The notes under the pieces were generated by a model. It made no database searches. It worked only from the letters and a program-made list of their open reading frames with translations, and was not told the origin of the DNA. DNA of 64,000 bases, from assembly GCA_030264375.1 (NCBI GenBank), contig JASCQW010000133.1, forward strand, positions 43,972,884 to 44,036,883, in the 5' to 3' direction. Positions 51,428 to 62,562 of this stretch are shown here, piece by piece; position 1 is the first letter of the stretch; the number at the start of each line of letters is the position of its first letter. The DNA comes from Carcharhinus longimanus (Eukaryota). The position numbers and the translations under genes were made by a program.

Positions 51428-52340
51428 GGTGGCATAGTGGTATTGTTGCTGGACTAGTAATCCAGAGACCAAGGCAGGTATGGGGAATTTGAAATTAATA
51501 AAACATCTGGAAGTAAAAGTCTAACAATGACCAGGAAACCAGTATCATCTGCTTCATGAATATCTTTGAGGGAAGGAAACCTCCCATACCCACCTAATCC
51601 AGACCTACAGAAATGTGTTTGACTCTTAAAGGTCCTTTGAAATGACCTAGCAAAACACTTAGTTGGATCAAATTGTTCAAAAAGTTTCAAAGCAATGAAA
51701 TNNNNNNNNNNNNNNNNNNNNNNNNNNNCTCAGTCCTGTAGACCCTGCAAAGTTCTCCTTACTAACATCTGGGGCTTGTGCCAAAATTGGGAGAGAAAGA
51801 CTAGTCAAGCAACATAGTCATATTCTAGTCAGTTAGCAGACGCCACTATCACCCTCCCAGCTGAGGTAGCGGCACAGTCAGAAGGGAGCTACTCTTGGAG
51901 TCCTCAAAATTGACTCTGGATCCCATGAAGTCTCATACCATCAGATCAAACATGGGCAAGGAAACCTCTTGCTGCCTGCCCTCAGTCACCTGATGAATTA
52001 GCACTCCTTCATGTTGAATACTACTTGGAGGAAACAGTGTGGTTGGAAGAATAGATAATGTATTCTGGGTGGGGGACTTCAATGTTTATCACCACGAGTG
52101 GTTTGATAGTACCACTGCAGACTAAGATGGCCAAGTCCGAAGGGACACATTTGCTAGACTGGGGCTGTGGCAGGTGGTGAGGGAACCAACAAGAAGGAAA
52201 AACATTCTTGGCCTCATCCTTACCAATCTGTCTGCCACAGGTGCATTAGAGTATCGGTAAGAGTGATAACTGCACAACCCTTGTGGAGATGAAGTCCCAT
52301 CTTCACACTGAAGATACCCTCCATCGGATTGTGTGGCATT
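51428..52340 (+). mobile_element. LINE 5' fragment with tRNA-like head and APE relic
   Basis: Head ggtggcatagtggtatt...ggactagtaatccaga, then aacatctggggcttgtgccaaaattgggagag (NIWGLVPKLGE) and ggggacttcaatgtt (GDFNV). Confidence 0.75.
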
Positions 52341-52349
52341 AGCATTAAA

Positions 52350-53025
52350 TAACAAAAAAGCAAATAAAATTACAACACAATAGCAGGCCCTTCAGCCCGC
52401 CAAGCCTACACCGCCATGCTGCCCAACTTAACTAAAATCCCCTACCCTTCCAGTGACCATATCCCTCTATTCCCATCTCATTCATTTACTTGTCAAGATG
52501 CCCCTTAAAAGTCACTACCGTATCTGCTTCCACGACCTTCCCCAACAACCAGTTCCCGACACCCACTACTCTGTAAAAAATCTGCCTCCTACATCTCTTT
52601 TAAACCTTGCCTCTCACACCTTAAACCTAAGCCCCCTAGTAATTGACTTTTCCACCTTGTCAAAAAGCTTCTGACTATCCACTCTGTCCATATCTTTCAT
52701 AATTTTTTATATTTCTATCAGATCTCCCCTCAACCTTTGTCGCTCCAGTGAAAAAAAGACAAGTTTCTCCAACCTCTCCTCATAGCTAATTCCCTCCATA
52801 CCAGGCAACATCCTGTAAAATCATTTCTCTACCCTCTCCAAAGCCTCCACATCCTTCTGATAGTGTGGCAGCCAGAATTGAACATTATATTCCAGATGCG
52901 GCCTAACTAAGGTTTTATAAAGCTGCAACATAACTTGCCAATTTTTAAACTCAATTCCCCGGCTGATTAAGGCAAGCATGCCATATGCCTTCTTGACCAC
53001 CTTCTCCACCTTCATTGCCAGTTTC
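52350..53025 (-). mobile_element. CR1 LINE 3' end (young)
   Basis: ORF-track peptide KAYGMLALISRGIEFKNWQVMLQLYKTLVRPHLEYNVQFWLPHYQKDVEALERV is the CR1 RT C-terminal region. Confidence 0.9.
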
Positions 53026-53102
53026 AGTGGGTCAACTTAATGTGATAACCCAATTAACTGGGATTAGTTAATTTTCTGCAATTTAATTATCAGTTTATCT
53101 AG

Positions 53103-53512
53103 ACAAAGAACAAAAAACAAATAAAATTACATCACATGAACAAGCCCTTCCACCTGCCATGCCTACACCCAACATGCTGCCCGACTTAACTAAATCTCCT
53201 TCCCTTTTGGGGACTATATCCCTCTATTCCCATCTCATTCATATTCTTGTTAAGATGCCCCTTAAAAGTCACTACTGTATCTGCTTCCACTACCTCCCCA
53301 GCAACCAGTTCCAGATGCCCACTACTGTCTGTGTAAAAAATCTGCCTCCTACATCTCTTTTAAACCTTGCCTCTCACACCTTAAACCTATGCCCCCTAGT
53401 TAACTCTTTCACCCTGTAAAAATGCTTCTGACTATCCACTCTGTCCATATCTCTCATAATCTTTTAGACTATCAGGTCTACCAGGTCTCCCCAAAACTTC
53501 CATCGCTCCAGT
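53103..53512 (-). mobile_element. Second, shorter CR1 3' end in tandem with 52350-53025
   Basis: Closely similar to 52355-52750, e.g. the shared aaaaaatctgcctcctacatctcttttaaaccttgcctctcacaccttaaaccta. Confidence 0.85.
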
Positions 53513-53670
53513 GCTGAGATTAACTGGGATCAGTTAATTTTCTGCAGATTGGGTATTGAGTTTGGGTTTGCCCTGGTCCATGAAGATGTGTACCATTTCG
53601 GGCAGTATACTAAGCTATAAAGAAATGGGGGAAATCTGAAATGGGGCATGTTTAATTTGGTATAGCACAG

Positions 53671-54666
53671 TGTTACAAACCCAGCTGTTGTTAAAGCTGG
53701 ACAAGTCAGGTCCCAGAGTGAAACCTGGTCTGGTAGATTATCTTGATAGAACTTGTTCTTTTTTAGGAGGAAAGTTGCTGAACAAATTCACATGATCTGA
53801 TGATGAACTTCTAATACAAATAATAAAATATTTATTAAAACAAGCAAACTGAACTATATTACACCAGACAAAACGGCTGGAACGATCTCAGTACAAATAT
53901 AAGACGAGAATTCAAATTCACACGATTCCTTTACTGCAGTATTATCTGTACAAACACATAAACCAGTGAAGAGTTACGATTAATTTGATACAAGGTTTCT
54001 CCATTGCGACTTGCACAGTCTTAAACTGTTTTCTCAAAGGGAGTTCCTAGCATTCATTTGATGCTTCTCCCCAACTTGTATCTCTCGCTGACACACCCAA
54101 AAATTGCATTCTAAACTCAATTTTTTTGACTACAGAGCAAGTTCCCCAAAATTAATCTTCCAGTAACATACCTGCTAAACTCTAATCACTTTACCGAGTC
54201 CCTAATGGATTATTCAGCGAACCACTGTCCTACTAGCCTTGCAGCTTTTCTTCTCGCAGAGCTTACAATCCTCATCTCTTTCTGATACACACTCTGAACG
54301 TCCCCTCCCTCAATTTCTGTTTTTTCTGTGTCAGTATTACAGGATTACTGACGTGAGGCAACAGTAAAGGTTTTTTACTGTGTGTTTTGTTTCCAGATTC
54401 ACTGAACCTGCAATCCATTTTAGCCCATCTATTTAATATGAGGGTTGGTAAGAACTGACTAAAACGTATATATACAAACTCAAAAGACCTGAAACCTTTT
54501 AGTCGTAAGTCTATCCACACACACACACACCAAGATTCATGAACAAAACTTTTCTTCAATATATTTACACAAAATTCAACTCACAATTATACTTAGTTCA
54601 TAGCAATTGCTATGACAATTGTATGACAAACCTCCAAAACTGGCTGAAAAATAAAACTATGTAACA
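53671..54666 (-). mobile_element. Possible solo LTR (~1 kb)
   Basis: Bounded by TGTTACA...TGTAACA inverted termini with AATAAA on minus at ~53831-53836. No TSD seen. Confidence 0.35.
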
Positions 54667-54969
54667 TTTAATTTTAAAATGCTCCAGTTAAATACTGTTC
54701 AGCAAGAACTTCTGTCATCCTGTGTGCTGGAGTGGATTTATAATATATTCAAGGTATATATTCATGTAACTTGCTGCCAAATATACGGCATGGCATCAAT
54801 TCAATATTCCTTCAGTTCTTGAATAATAACACTAATATCTTCTGAGGCCTTTAAGTCACTTAACATGTTGAAGACACAGCATTAATGGAAATGTAACACT
54901 GAAAGCAAAACAGCTGTGAAGAAATATCACTACCTTGTATGCATTACTGACGACAGCTTAGTTTTTAAT

Positions 54970-55119
54970 TTTATTTATGTGTCACAGGCAAACTTACATT
55001 AATACCTCATTGAAGTTACTGTGAAAATCCCCTAGTCGCCACACTCCGGTGCCTATCTGGGTACACTGGGGGAGAACTTAGCCATGGCCAATGCACCTAA
55101 CCAGCACGTCTTTCGGACA
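54970..55119 (-). mobile_element. V-SINE 3' fragment with a different tail
   Basis: Minus strand gtccgaaagacgtgctggttaggtgcattggccatgg matches the V-SINE body, followed by gtggcgactaggggattttcacagtaacttca...tgtgacac.taaataaaa. Confidence 0.65.
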
Positions 55120-55399
55120 GACAGCTCTTTTTGACAATTACATCATGCTTCAGAAACATGTCTTGAAAATTTTTGCACTGTTACTTTGTTATACATAAAG
55201 AAAAATAATTCCCAAGAAATATCATAGAAGACATCAAAATTAGTTGCAAGTTGACATGAAATCAAATAAAAAAAAAAGCATGCATAACTCACACACATCA
55301 GAGGATATTAGGATAGAGGAGCTGTCTCTCACCTATTGGGTTAGACACTGGCTTTTCACTGTTAAGATGAAGCTTAAATTTTGCCTATATTGATGGGAT

Positions 55400-55529
55400 G
55401 AAACAAAAACAGAAAATGCTGGATAGACTCAGCAGGTTTGGCAGCAGCTGTGGAGAGGCGCCTGCTGAGTTTATCCGGCATTTTCTGTTTTTATTTCAGA
55501 TCCAACATCCACAGTACTTTGCTTTTATG
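55400..55529. mobile_element. Miniature inverted-end element with one-sided tail (second PLE-like family)
   Basis: Arms gaaacaaaaacagaaaatgctggatagactcagcagg / cctgctgagtttatccggcattttctgtttttatttc plus a ~30-nt tail; same architecture as 10623-10822. Confidence 0.65.
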
Positions 55530-55744
55530 ATCGATGAGATGAAAGTCATTTCTAGCTGCTGGCTGTTGAGATTCGAAGCAAATCAGTTTGAGCACTTTCA
55601 GTCCACTTTTTAGCAGGCATTGCCTGATGGAAATAAAAGTGTTGCTAATTCGGCACAAACTGACCATCTCATTCAGACAGGTCACAAGGAGCTGGTGGGG
55701 GAAATGCCACCCTTCCATTTCTATCGGAGGGGGAGAATAAAGTA

Positions 55745-56200
55745 TATTTATACAGCATTTTAAATGTAATAAGTCCCAATCTGCTTCACAAGGGCATTAT
55801 AGAGCAACATACGACACTGAGCCATCTAGGGGGATATTAGATCAAGAGGCCAAAAGCTTGGTCAAAGATATATTTTAATGAGTGTCTTTTAAGGAGGAAA
55901 GAAGCATAGAGATAAAAAGGTGTGGGGAGGGTATTCCAGAGCTTAGGTACTAGGCAACTGAAAGCCCATCCACCAATGGTGGGACGAATAAAATTAGGAA
56001 TGCACAAGGGGTCAGGGTTGGAGCAACACCAATATCTTGGAGAGTTGTGAAGTTGGAGGAGATTACTGAGATAGGGAGGAGTAAGACCATGGAGGCAGAA
56101 TATGGGAGACCTGCCAGGAGTGTGCTGGAATAGTCAAATGCAGAAGTAACAAAGGTATGAGTGAAGTTTGTGCGGATGACCTGAGACAGGGCAAAGTTAA
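55745..56200 (-). mobile_element. L2-type LINE 3' fragment
   Basis: ccaaaagcttggtcaaaga..ttttaatgagtgtctt..gtattccagagcttagg..taggcaactgaa. Confidence 0.7.
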
Positions 56201-56378
56201 TAAAGGTTATAACACCAGATAAGATTACATGCTTTTGGGGGTTCCATGCTAGTACGGATAAAGGATTGGTTAGCTAACAGGAAACAAGAATAGGGACAAA
56301 TGCAGCTTTTTCAGCTAACTGGTGGAGTGCAACCAGGGATCAGTATTGAAATCTCAACTGTTTGCAATCTGGTACATA

Positions 56379-56618
56379 TTGTTTAATGTGAGACTGATTA
56401 CAGTTCCCATCCACACAGTGATGCCAAAAGACATGACCTGGAGCCAAGGTCAGTATGGAGATGGACAGAATTAGATAATGACCGAGATTGGAATCAGCTC
56501 CTTACTTGCACTCTCCGCTGTAACTATGTACATAGTTATGAACTGTCAATAAAGACTTGCTGTCAACATATTTTGGGCTATGAAGCCTATTTCACGGTGT
56601 CTGAAGCAGGATTCTTCA
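56379..56618 (+). mobile_element. Possible short solo LTR nested in CR1
   Basis: ~240-bp insert that splits the CR1 codons (...gcaatct / aatgacttggatg), with TG...CA ends and AATAAA at 56548. No clear TSD. Confidence 0.35.
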
Positions 56619-57309
56619 GCAATGACTTGGATGAAGAGACTGAAAGTATGGTANNNNNNNNNNNNNNNNNNNNNNNNNNNNNNNNNNNNNNNNNNNNNNN
56701 NNNNNNNNNNNNNNNNNNNNNNNNNNNNNNNNNNNNNNNNNNNNNNNNNNNNNTTCTTCGGCAATGACTTGGATGAAGAGACTGCATGTATGGTAGACAC
56801 CATGTTGGGTCGGAAAGTTAAGTGGTCAAGGGTATAGAGAGGCTGCCAAGGTTAAACAGGGTAATTGAGTGGGCAAAAATTCGGCAGATGATGTACGATT
56901 TGAGATAATGTGGACTTGTGGCAGGGAGAATAGAAAAGCACTAAAATATTTAAATGGAGATTGCAAGACTCAGTGGCACAGAGGGATATGGATGTCCTGG
57001 TACATGAATCACAGAATATTAGTATAAATGTACAGCACATGATTAGAAAGGCAAATTAAATGTTGGTGTTTATTACAAGGGAAATGAAATACAAAAGTTG
57101 AAAAGTATTGTTACAGTTGTACAGGGCTTTGGTGAGACCACATTTGGAATATGTTTTGGTCACCTTATTAGAAGCAGTTCAGAGAAGGTTCATTTGACTC
57201 AACTCATTCCTGGGATGAGGAGTTTATCTTCTGATGAAAGGTTGAAATAGACGGGTCTATACCCAATGAAGTTTAGAAGAATGAGAAGTGACCTTATTGA
57301 AACATAAAA

Positions 57310-57481
57310 GGAGGGATTTTCTGGCCTCCTGGCAGCATATTTCTCATTGTGGGATGCAGCATGCCATTTGCTGGCAGCAGTGTGTCATTTGCAGGCAGTG
57401 AGATCTTCCGCTGAAGCAGGGGTGCATTGTCGGCAGGACCAGAAGATCCCGCCAGTGTGAACAGCCAAGAAGATTCCGGCC
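57310..57481. mobile_element. Palindromic MITE-like element nested in CR1
   Basis: Splits CR1 gaaacataaaag / gatcctgagggc; termini gagggattttctggc / gccaagaagattccggcc. Confidence 0.6.
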
Positions 57482-57765
57482 AAAGGATCCTGAGGGCACT
57501 TGATAGGGTGCACATAGGAAGACCAAAGTAAGGGGTCAGAGGGTAAGAAATAAGAGGCTTCTTTTTTAAGACAAAAATTAGGAGAATGTTCTTCTCTCAG
57601 AGGGATATTAAATTGTGGAATTCCACTCCCCAAAAAGCAGGCTGGGACAGTGAATTTCTTCAAGCAAAGCTTGATAGATTTTTGTTGAGACCACAGCCAG
57701 ATCCAACCGTGATCTTATTGAATGGAAGAGCATAATCGAAGGGCTGAAGGCCTATTCCTTCAATT

Positions 57766-57886
57766 CTTGATGAAGGAGCAGTGCCCTGAAAGCTCTTCTA
57801 CCAAATAAACCTGTTGGACTTTAACCTGGTATTGTGTGACTCCTTACTGTGCTTACCCCAGTCCAACATCGACATCTCCACATCAT
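57766..57886 (+). mobile_element. PLE terminal fragment with decayed hammerhead motif
   Basis: ttgatgaaggagcagtgccctgaaagct...ccaaataaacctgttggactttaacctgg...cttaccccagtccaac..ctccacatcat; the end is repeated after the gap (58313-58346). Confidence 0.8.
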
Positions 57887-59675
57887 AAATGGAGGAAATT
57901 TCTGCTCACNNNNNNNNNNNNNNNNNNNNNNNNNNNNNNNNNNNNNNNNNNNNNNNNNNNNNNNNNNNNNNNNNNNNNNNNNNNNNNNNNNNNNNNNNNN
58001 NNNNNNNNNNNNNNNNNNNNNNNNNNNNNNNNNNNNNNNNNNNNNNNNNNNNNNNNNNNNNNNNNNNNNNNNNNNNNNNNNNNNNNNNNNNNNNNNNNNN
58101 NNNNNNNNNNNNNNNNNNNNNNNNNNNNNNNNNNNNNNNNNNNNNNNNNNNNNNNNNNNNNNNNNNNNNNNNNNNNNNNNNNNNNNNNNNNNNNNNNNNN
58201 NNNNNNNNNNNNNNNNNNNNNNNNNNNNNNNNNNNNNNNNNNNNNNNNNNNNNNNNNNNNNNNNNNNNNNNNNNNNNNNNNNNNNNNNNNNNNNNNNNNN
58301 NNNNNNNNNNNNTTACCCCAGTCCAACATCGACATCTCCACATCATAACTGGAGGAAATTTCTGCTCACGAGTACTGGATATTGGATAAGCAGTCAGGTG
58401 ATTTAGTAGGAGGTGCGAGTCAAGAGAGGTGGCAGTGATGTAGAGGTGAAAACTATCATGGTGCTTTCAGATGATATTGCTGAGGACACCATGCGAGTAA
58501 GAAATAGGACAAAACATAGAGAACTTTACACTGAAATGTGCAATAACTCAAGTGTTTAATGTTTAGCCTAAGGACTGAATCCAGTATGCTTCTTAATCTT
58601 ACCCTGCTTGTGCAGAACACCAAAAGTTTCTTGCTTCAGCTCACAGGTGGCTGTAAGCAAGCATCAACACAACTATTCCAAACATTTAATCTGGCTAATG
58701 CTCATGCACATCATGTACGAGAATCCAGACTGTTAGCATCCTGGGAGAATGGAGATTGGATATCTTGTGAGGGAATTGGGTTTTGTTTTTGTGCAGGGAG
58801 TGTATAATTTGGTGGTCACTTTTCAGTTAGGAAATGTATTCACCGTAGGATCTATTACAGAAAATTACCAATGAATACATTTTGGAAACTAGACTGACCT
58901 GGAGTACCCTGTACAATGCAACAGGAAAAGTAGTGGAAATCTGGAACACTTCCCCCCAGTCCCTCAAAAAATTCTGTTGAGGTTGGGGAAGGTGGGGGGG
59001 CACTAGGTTTCCATTTGGCTATGGAACCCAAGTGGAAAAGGTGGAGTTCAGATACAGATCAGCCATGATCTAACTTAATGGAGAAACACATCTGAGGGCT
59101 GAAGAACCTGGTGATGTCCCTATGTGAAACACCAAAGACCTGGGATTCAGATTGGTTTGTGACGTGTTGTCATTATTACTATCATTATTGTTTCTTGGGT
59201 GAAAGTGGACTGGAAGAGAGTAAAATCCATCGGAAGGACAGATAGGGGCTTCAGCCATGGAGTCTATTATAGGGAGATCATTGTTAAGTACAGATACAGA
59301 AGCCTCGTCAGATCCTGCAATACCCTATTGAAATTTAGACTCTTACCTCAGGCATCCAAATACCTTGTGAATGAATGCAAAGTTTTTGCCTGCATTTCCA
59401 AGACTATTTGAGGTGTTAATCTTTTTGAAGTACTTGCTGAAGTTACTGTTGAACTTTTCTTTTGCCAATTTGCATCTATTTGTTCAGCATTATGGTTCAA
59501 CTTTAAATAGTACTCAACATTAGCCTTTTCTATTCCTTCAGCATTCCCAATATAATTGCTCCACTATTGATGATTGTGCCTTCAGCTGTCTGCCTTTCTA
59601 CTTCTCCTTCATTTAGACACCCCTTAAAGCCAACTTCTGTGATTGAGCTTTTGGTAATATGACCAAATATTGCTC

Positions 59676-59737
59676 ATGATGTGAGATGCCAGTGTTGGAC
59701 TGGGGTAAACACAGTAAGAAATCTGACAACACCAGGT
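59676..59737 (-). mobile_element. PLE terminal fragment running into an N gap
   Basis: atgatgtgagatgccagtgttggactggggtaaacacagtaagaaatctgacaacaccaggt is the reverse complement of the PLE tail. Confidence 0.8.
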
Positions 59738-62249
59738 NNNNNNNNNNNNNNNNNNNNNNNNNNNNNNNNNNNNNNNNNNNNNNNNNNNNNNNNNNNNNNN
59801 NNNNNNNNNNNNNNNNNNNNNNNNNNNNNNNNNNNNNNNNNNNNNNNNNNNNNNNNNNNNNNNNNNNNNNNNNNNNNNNNNNNNNNNNNNNNNNNNNNNN
59901 NNNNNNNNNNNNNNNNNNNNNNNNNNNNNNNNNNNNNNNNNNNNNNNNNNNTTCCAAAGCTACCATTTTTTTCGTCTCTTGGTCATCAGAATTGAATGTA
60001 TTATTCAAGAAATAAATAGTCTGACCTGACTGCATTAACCTAAACGCTATTGATGTTGTTCTTCAATGAATGGATGTCCTTAATATACTATCACTCTCTC
60101 ATCTCAGTCTGAGTTTAATCATCATCATTTATTATGCCAAATAACTTCAAGTGTGAGGCCTCACATTTATCTAAATTGAATACCAATTACCATAGCCCTA
60201 CTCATATTGGAAGTAACATACACTTTTGGGTTGGGTAGTAAACTGACACTTGTAGATCGGTTGCCTGTTATACTTCTTACTCAATTATTCTTCCACTGAA
60301 ATTAGTACCAACCACCGCCGATTTTCTGCCCACACCAAGAGAGAAACTTGCTGTTGGTCTGTAAAGCCTTGATTGTTTCATCTGACTTTCCTGACCATCC
60401 CCAGAAGCAGGGGAAGCAGCAACAATTAGTTTTTACAGCAACCTTTCACATTTAGAACTTTAGGGATCTAGTTGTACTATCTGATAGGGCTTTCTCATAT
60501 TTACACAGAGTGCAATTAAAGTCTGGAGAGGTATTAGAGACTAACATGGAGAAAAGTGAGATAAGAGTCAAGCAGCAAAAGAGGAGAGATATTTTAGTAA
60601 CGGAATCAACAAGACAGAGGGTTGGTTAGGATGAGAGAACAAGTGATGAGAACAAGGACGTGAGAGATCATGTGTGAAAGATTAAGGATGTTTAGTTATA
60701 CAGGATAAGGGGAAAAAGGGAAATTACTAACATGGATCAGCCAGAGAAAGGGAAATTAATAAGAGGGATCAGCCAGAAAGCAAGGAATCAACAAAACCAG
60801 TGAAAGAGAGCGAGAATAGACATTATCAAAAAGGAATAGCAATTACCCTCTGCTTGGTTCTGGTGCATAATACGAGTAGCTTGGAGAACTCTAAGTGGCA
60901 GGTAGGGAGGCACAGTGGGCTGACAGATTGTTAACTGTGTACATAAACTACCAAACTGCTAGCTAAAGCCCCGAAATACAGAGCATGTTGACTGCCAGGA
61001 AATGGAGGCAAGTGCCTCTGTATCTAGACAGTGTTGTGCTATTGAACTGGTTTAGTCCCACAACCAACTGGAAGAGAGGTCATTTCTTCCAATACATCTT
61101 CATTAATGGTGCCCATCTATCTTAACATGCAACTCTTCTGACAGGATTTCCATCAATGTTTTCCCTTCCCATCATGAAGCAACAGGAAACTCAAAATGGC
61201 TCTTGGAAGGGTTCCAAAGGGGATGTGGAGCCTCCTTGTGAAGTTCCCAATCTCATGGAACACCAAGTAAAAAAAGAGGGATGGATGCCAAGGAGGAAGG
61301 ATGAAAGTGGAAAGAGAGGCAACGAGTGATAGAGAGAAAAAATGAGAAACAGGAAATTCAGGAGAGATAAGAAGGTAAAAATTATGATCCAAAAGCTCCA
61401 AGAAAATAAATTAATAGCAAATAGTGTTTAACTATGATTCTGCTGACTCAAAGGTCTCTATAGATCATAGAGATGAGTACCATGCTGTAACCTTTATAAA
61501 GAACTTAATTGTATCTCAGAGTATATTTATTTTATATTTAGTGGTGTATTTTATTTCAGCTTGGAATGCACAGTGCTGCACATATTATGCTACAGTATTT
61601 CAATTTGCACATTGTTTTTTCTGGGTGAGAAACGTCCAAATTATCATTTTCCAAGGGAACCCATGATTCCCTTAAAGTCACAATTTTCGATTTGCAATCA
61701 CAAGTGAGGACTCATTGTACTCATCTCACCAGATCTGACTCATGAATACAGCTCACTGCTCCAAATGGTTGAAGGCAACAGCTACAAGTAATCTGTGAGC
61801 ACTCGACAAATGCAGAATGTTTTATTCTTCATTTTGGAGAGCAGAAAGATTACTTACTTCTTACTGCCACTTCATAAGCAAACAGCAGCATGAAGGAGTC
61901 CAGTTTGTACTTGATGCCAATATATAATCACATTTCAGCCATCTGATATTTGTGGACGTAAGGGATGGATAGAATAAAATTAAGTTACAAAGTGTTGAGC
62001 GGAATATATTGTTGCTAAATTTGGAATGTGGTACCTTAAAACACAACATATGCAAGAAGAACTACCGGCACCAGTATTAGCTCTTGGACTGCAGGCTAAG
62101 TACAGTAAATTTTTTCTCTTTCTGGCCAGGTGGCTTTGGGATATTGAAATTATTAACTGGAGTAATTAAGGTACAATTTTAAGAGTTGAAACACAACTAA
62201 AATAATGATCACTTTGTTGTTCATCCTGTTACTTTTCCTGTATCATTAT

Positions 62250-62562
62250 TATTTTTTTGTTTTTATTCCAATTCAATCAAATCAAGTCCAATTCAGAGTC
62301 TCAACANNNNNNNNNNNNNNNNNNNNNNNNNNNNNNNNNNNNNNNNNNNNNNNCTGTCTTGGGCTTGATCTACATGATCCAAGCTGATTGGAGTAGGTAT
62401 AGCTCCTCCTCCAAGGCTTGATCTCATTTGTATCTTAGCCAAAAGACCAAGATGCCGCTTTTAAAAATTGCTCCAAATGAAACTAAAATGTAACCTAATA
62501 ACTTCAACCAAGCACGGCATGTCAACATACACTTGATCTTAGCTAAAAGGCCGAGAAGCAAT
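62250..62562 (-). mobile_element. Candidate U2-headed retroposon (SINEU-like or non-autonomous Keno/Tx1 derivative)
   Basis: U2 head, second U2-like copy (62432-62455), repeated AGATCAAG, and a 3' end ggAATAAAacaaaaaaa beyond a short N gap. Confidence 0.55.
62528..62562 (-). pseudogene. U2 snRNA 5' fragment (nt 1-35)
   Basis: Minus strand ATTGCTTCTCGGCCTTTTAGCTAAGATCAAGTGTA versus vertebrate U2 ATCGCTTCTCGGCCTTTTGGCTAAGATCAAGTGTA as recalled: 33/35 identical. Confidence 0.9.

Larger units (their letters stand above)
56225..57760 (+). mobile_element. Degraded CR1 ORF2 3' half with nested insertions
   Basis: Relic codons WIKDWLANRKQ, GV.QGSVL, NDLDE, LYRALVRPHLEY, RMRSDLIET and FSQR...LWNSTP, followed by a CR1 3' UTR. 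Confidence 0.8.

Noticed and set aside
57836-58406. Long ORFs spanning N runs
   Set aside because: Artefacts of translating gaps.
62432-62562. Functional U2 snRNA gene
   Set aside because: Only nt 1-35 are present; there is no Sm site or 3' stem-loops and no evident PSE.
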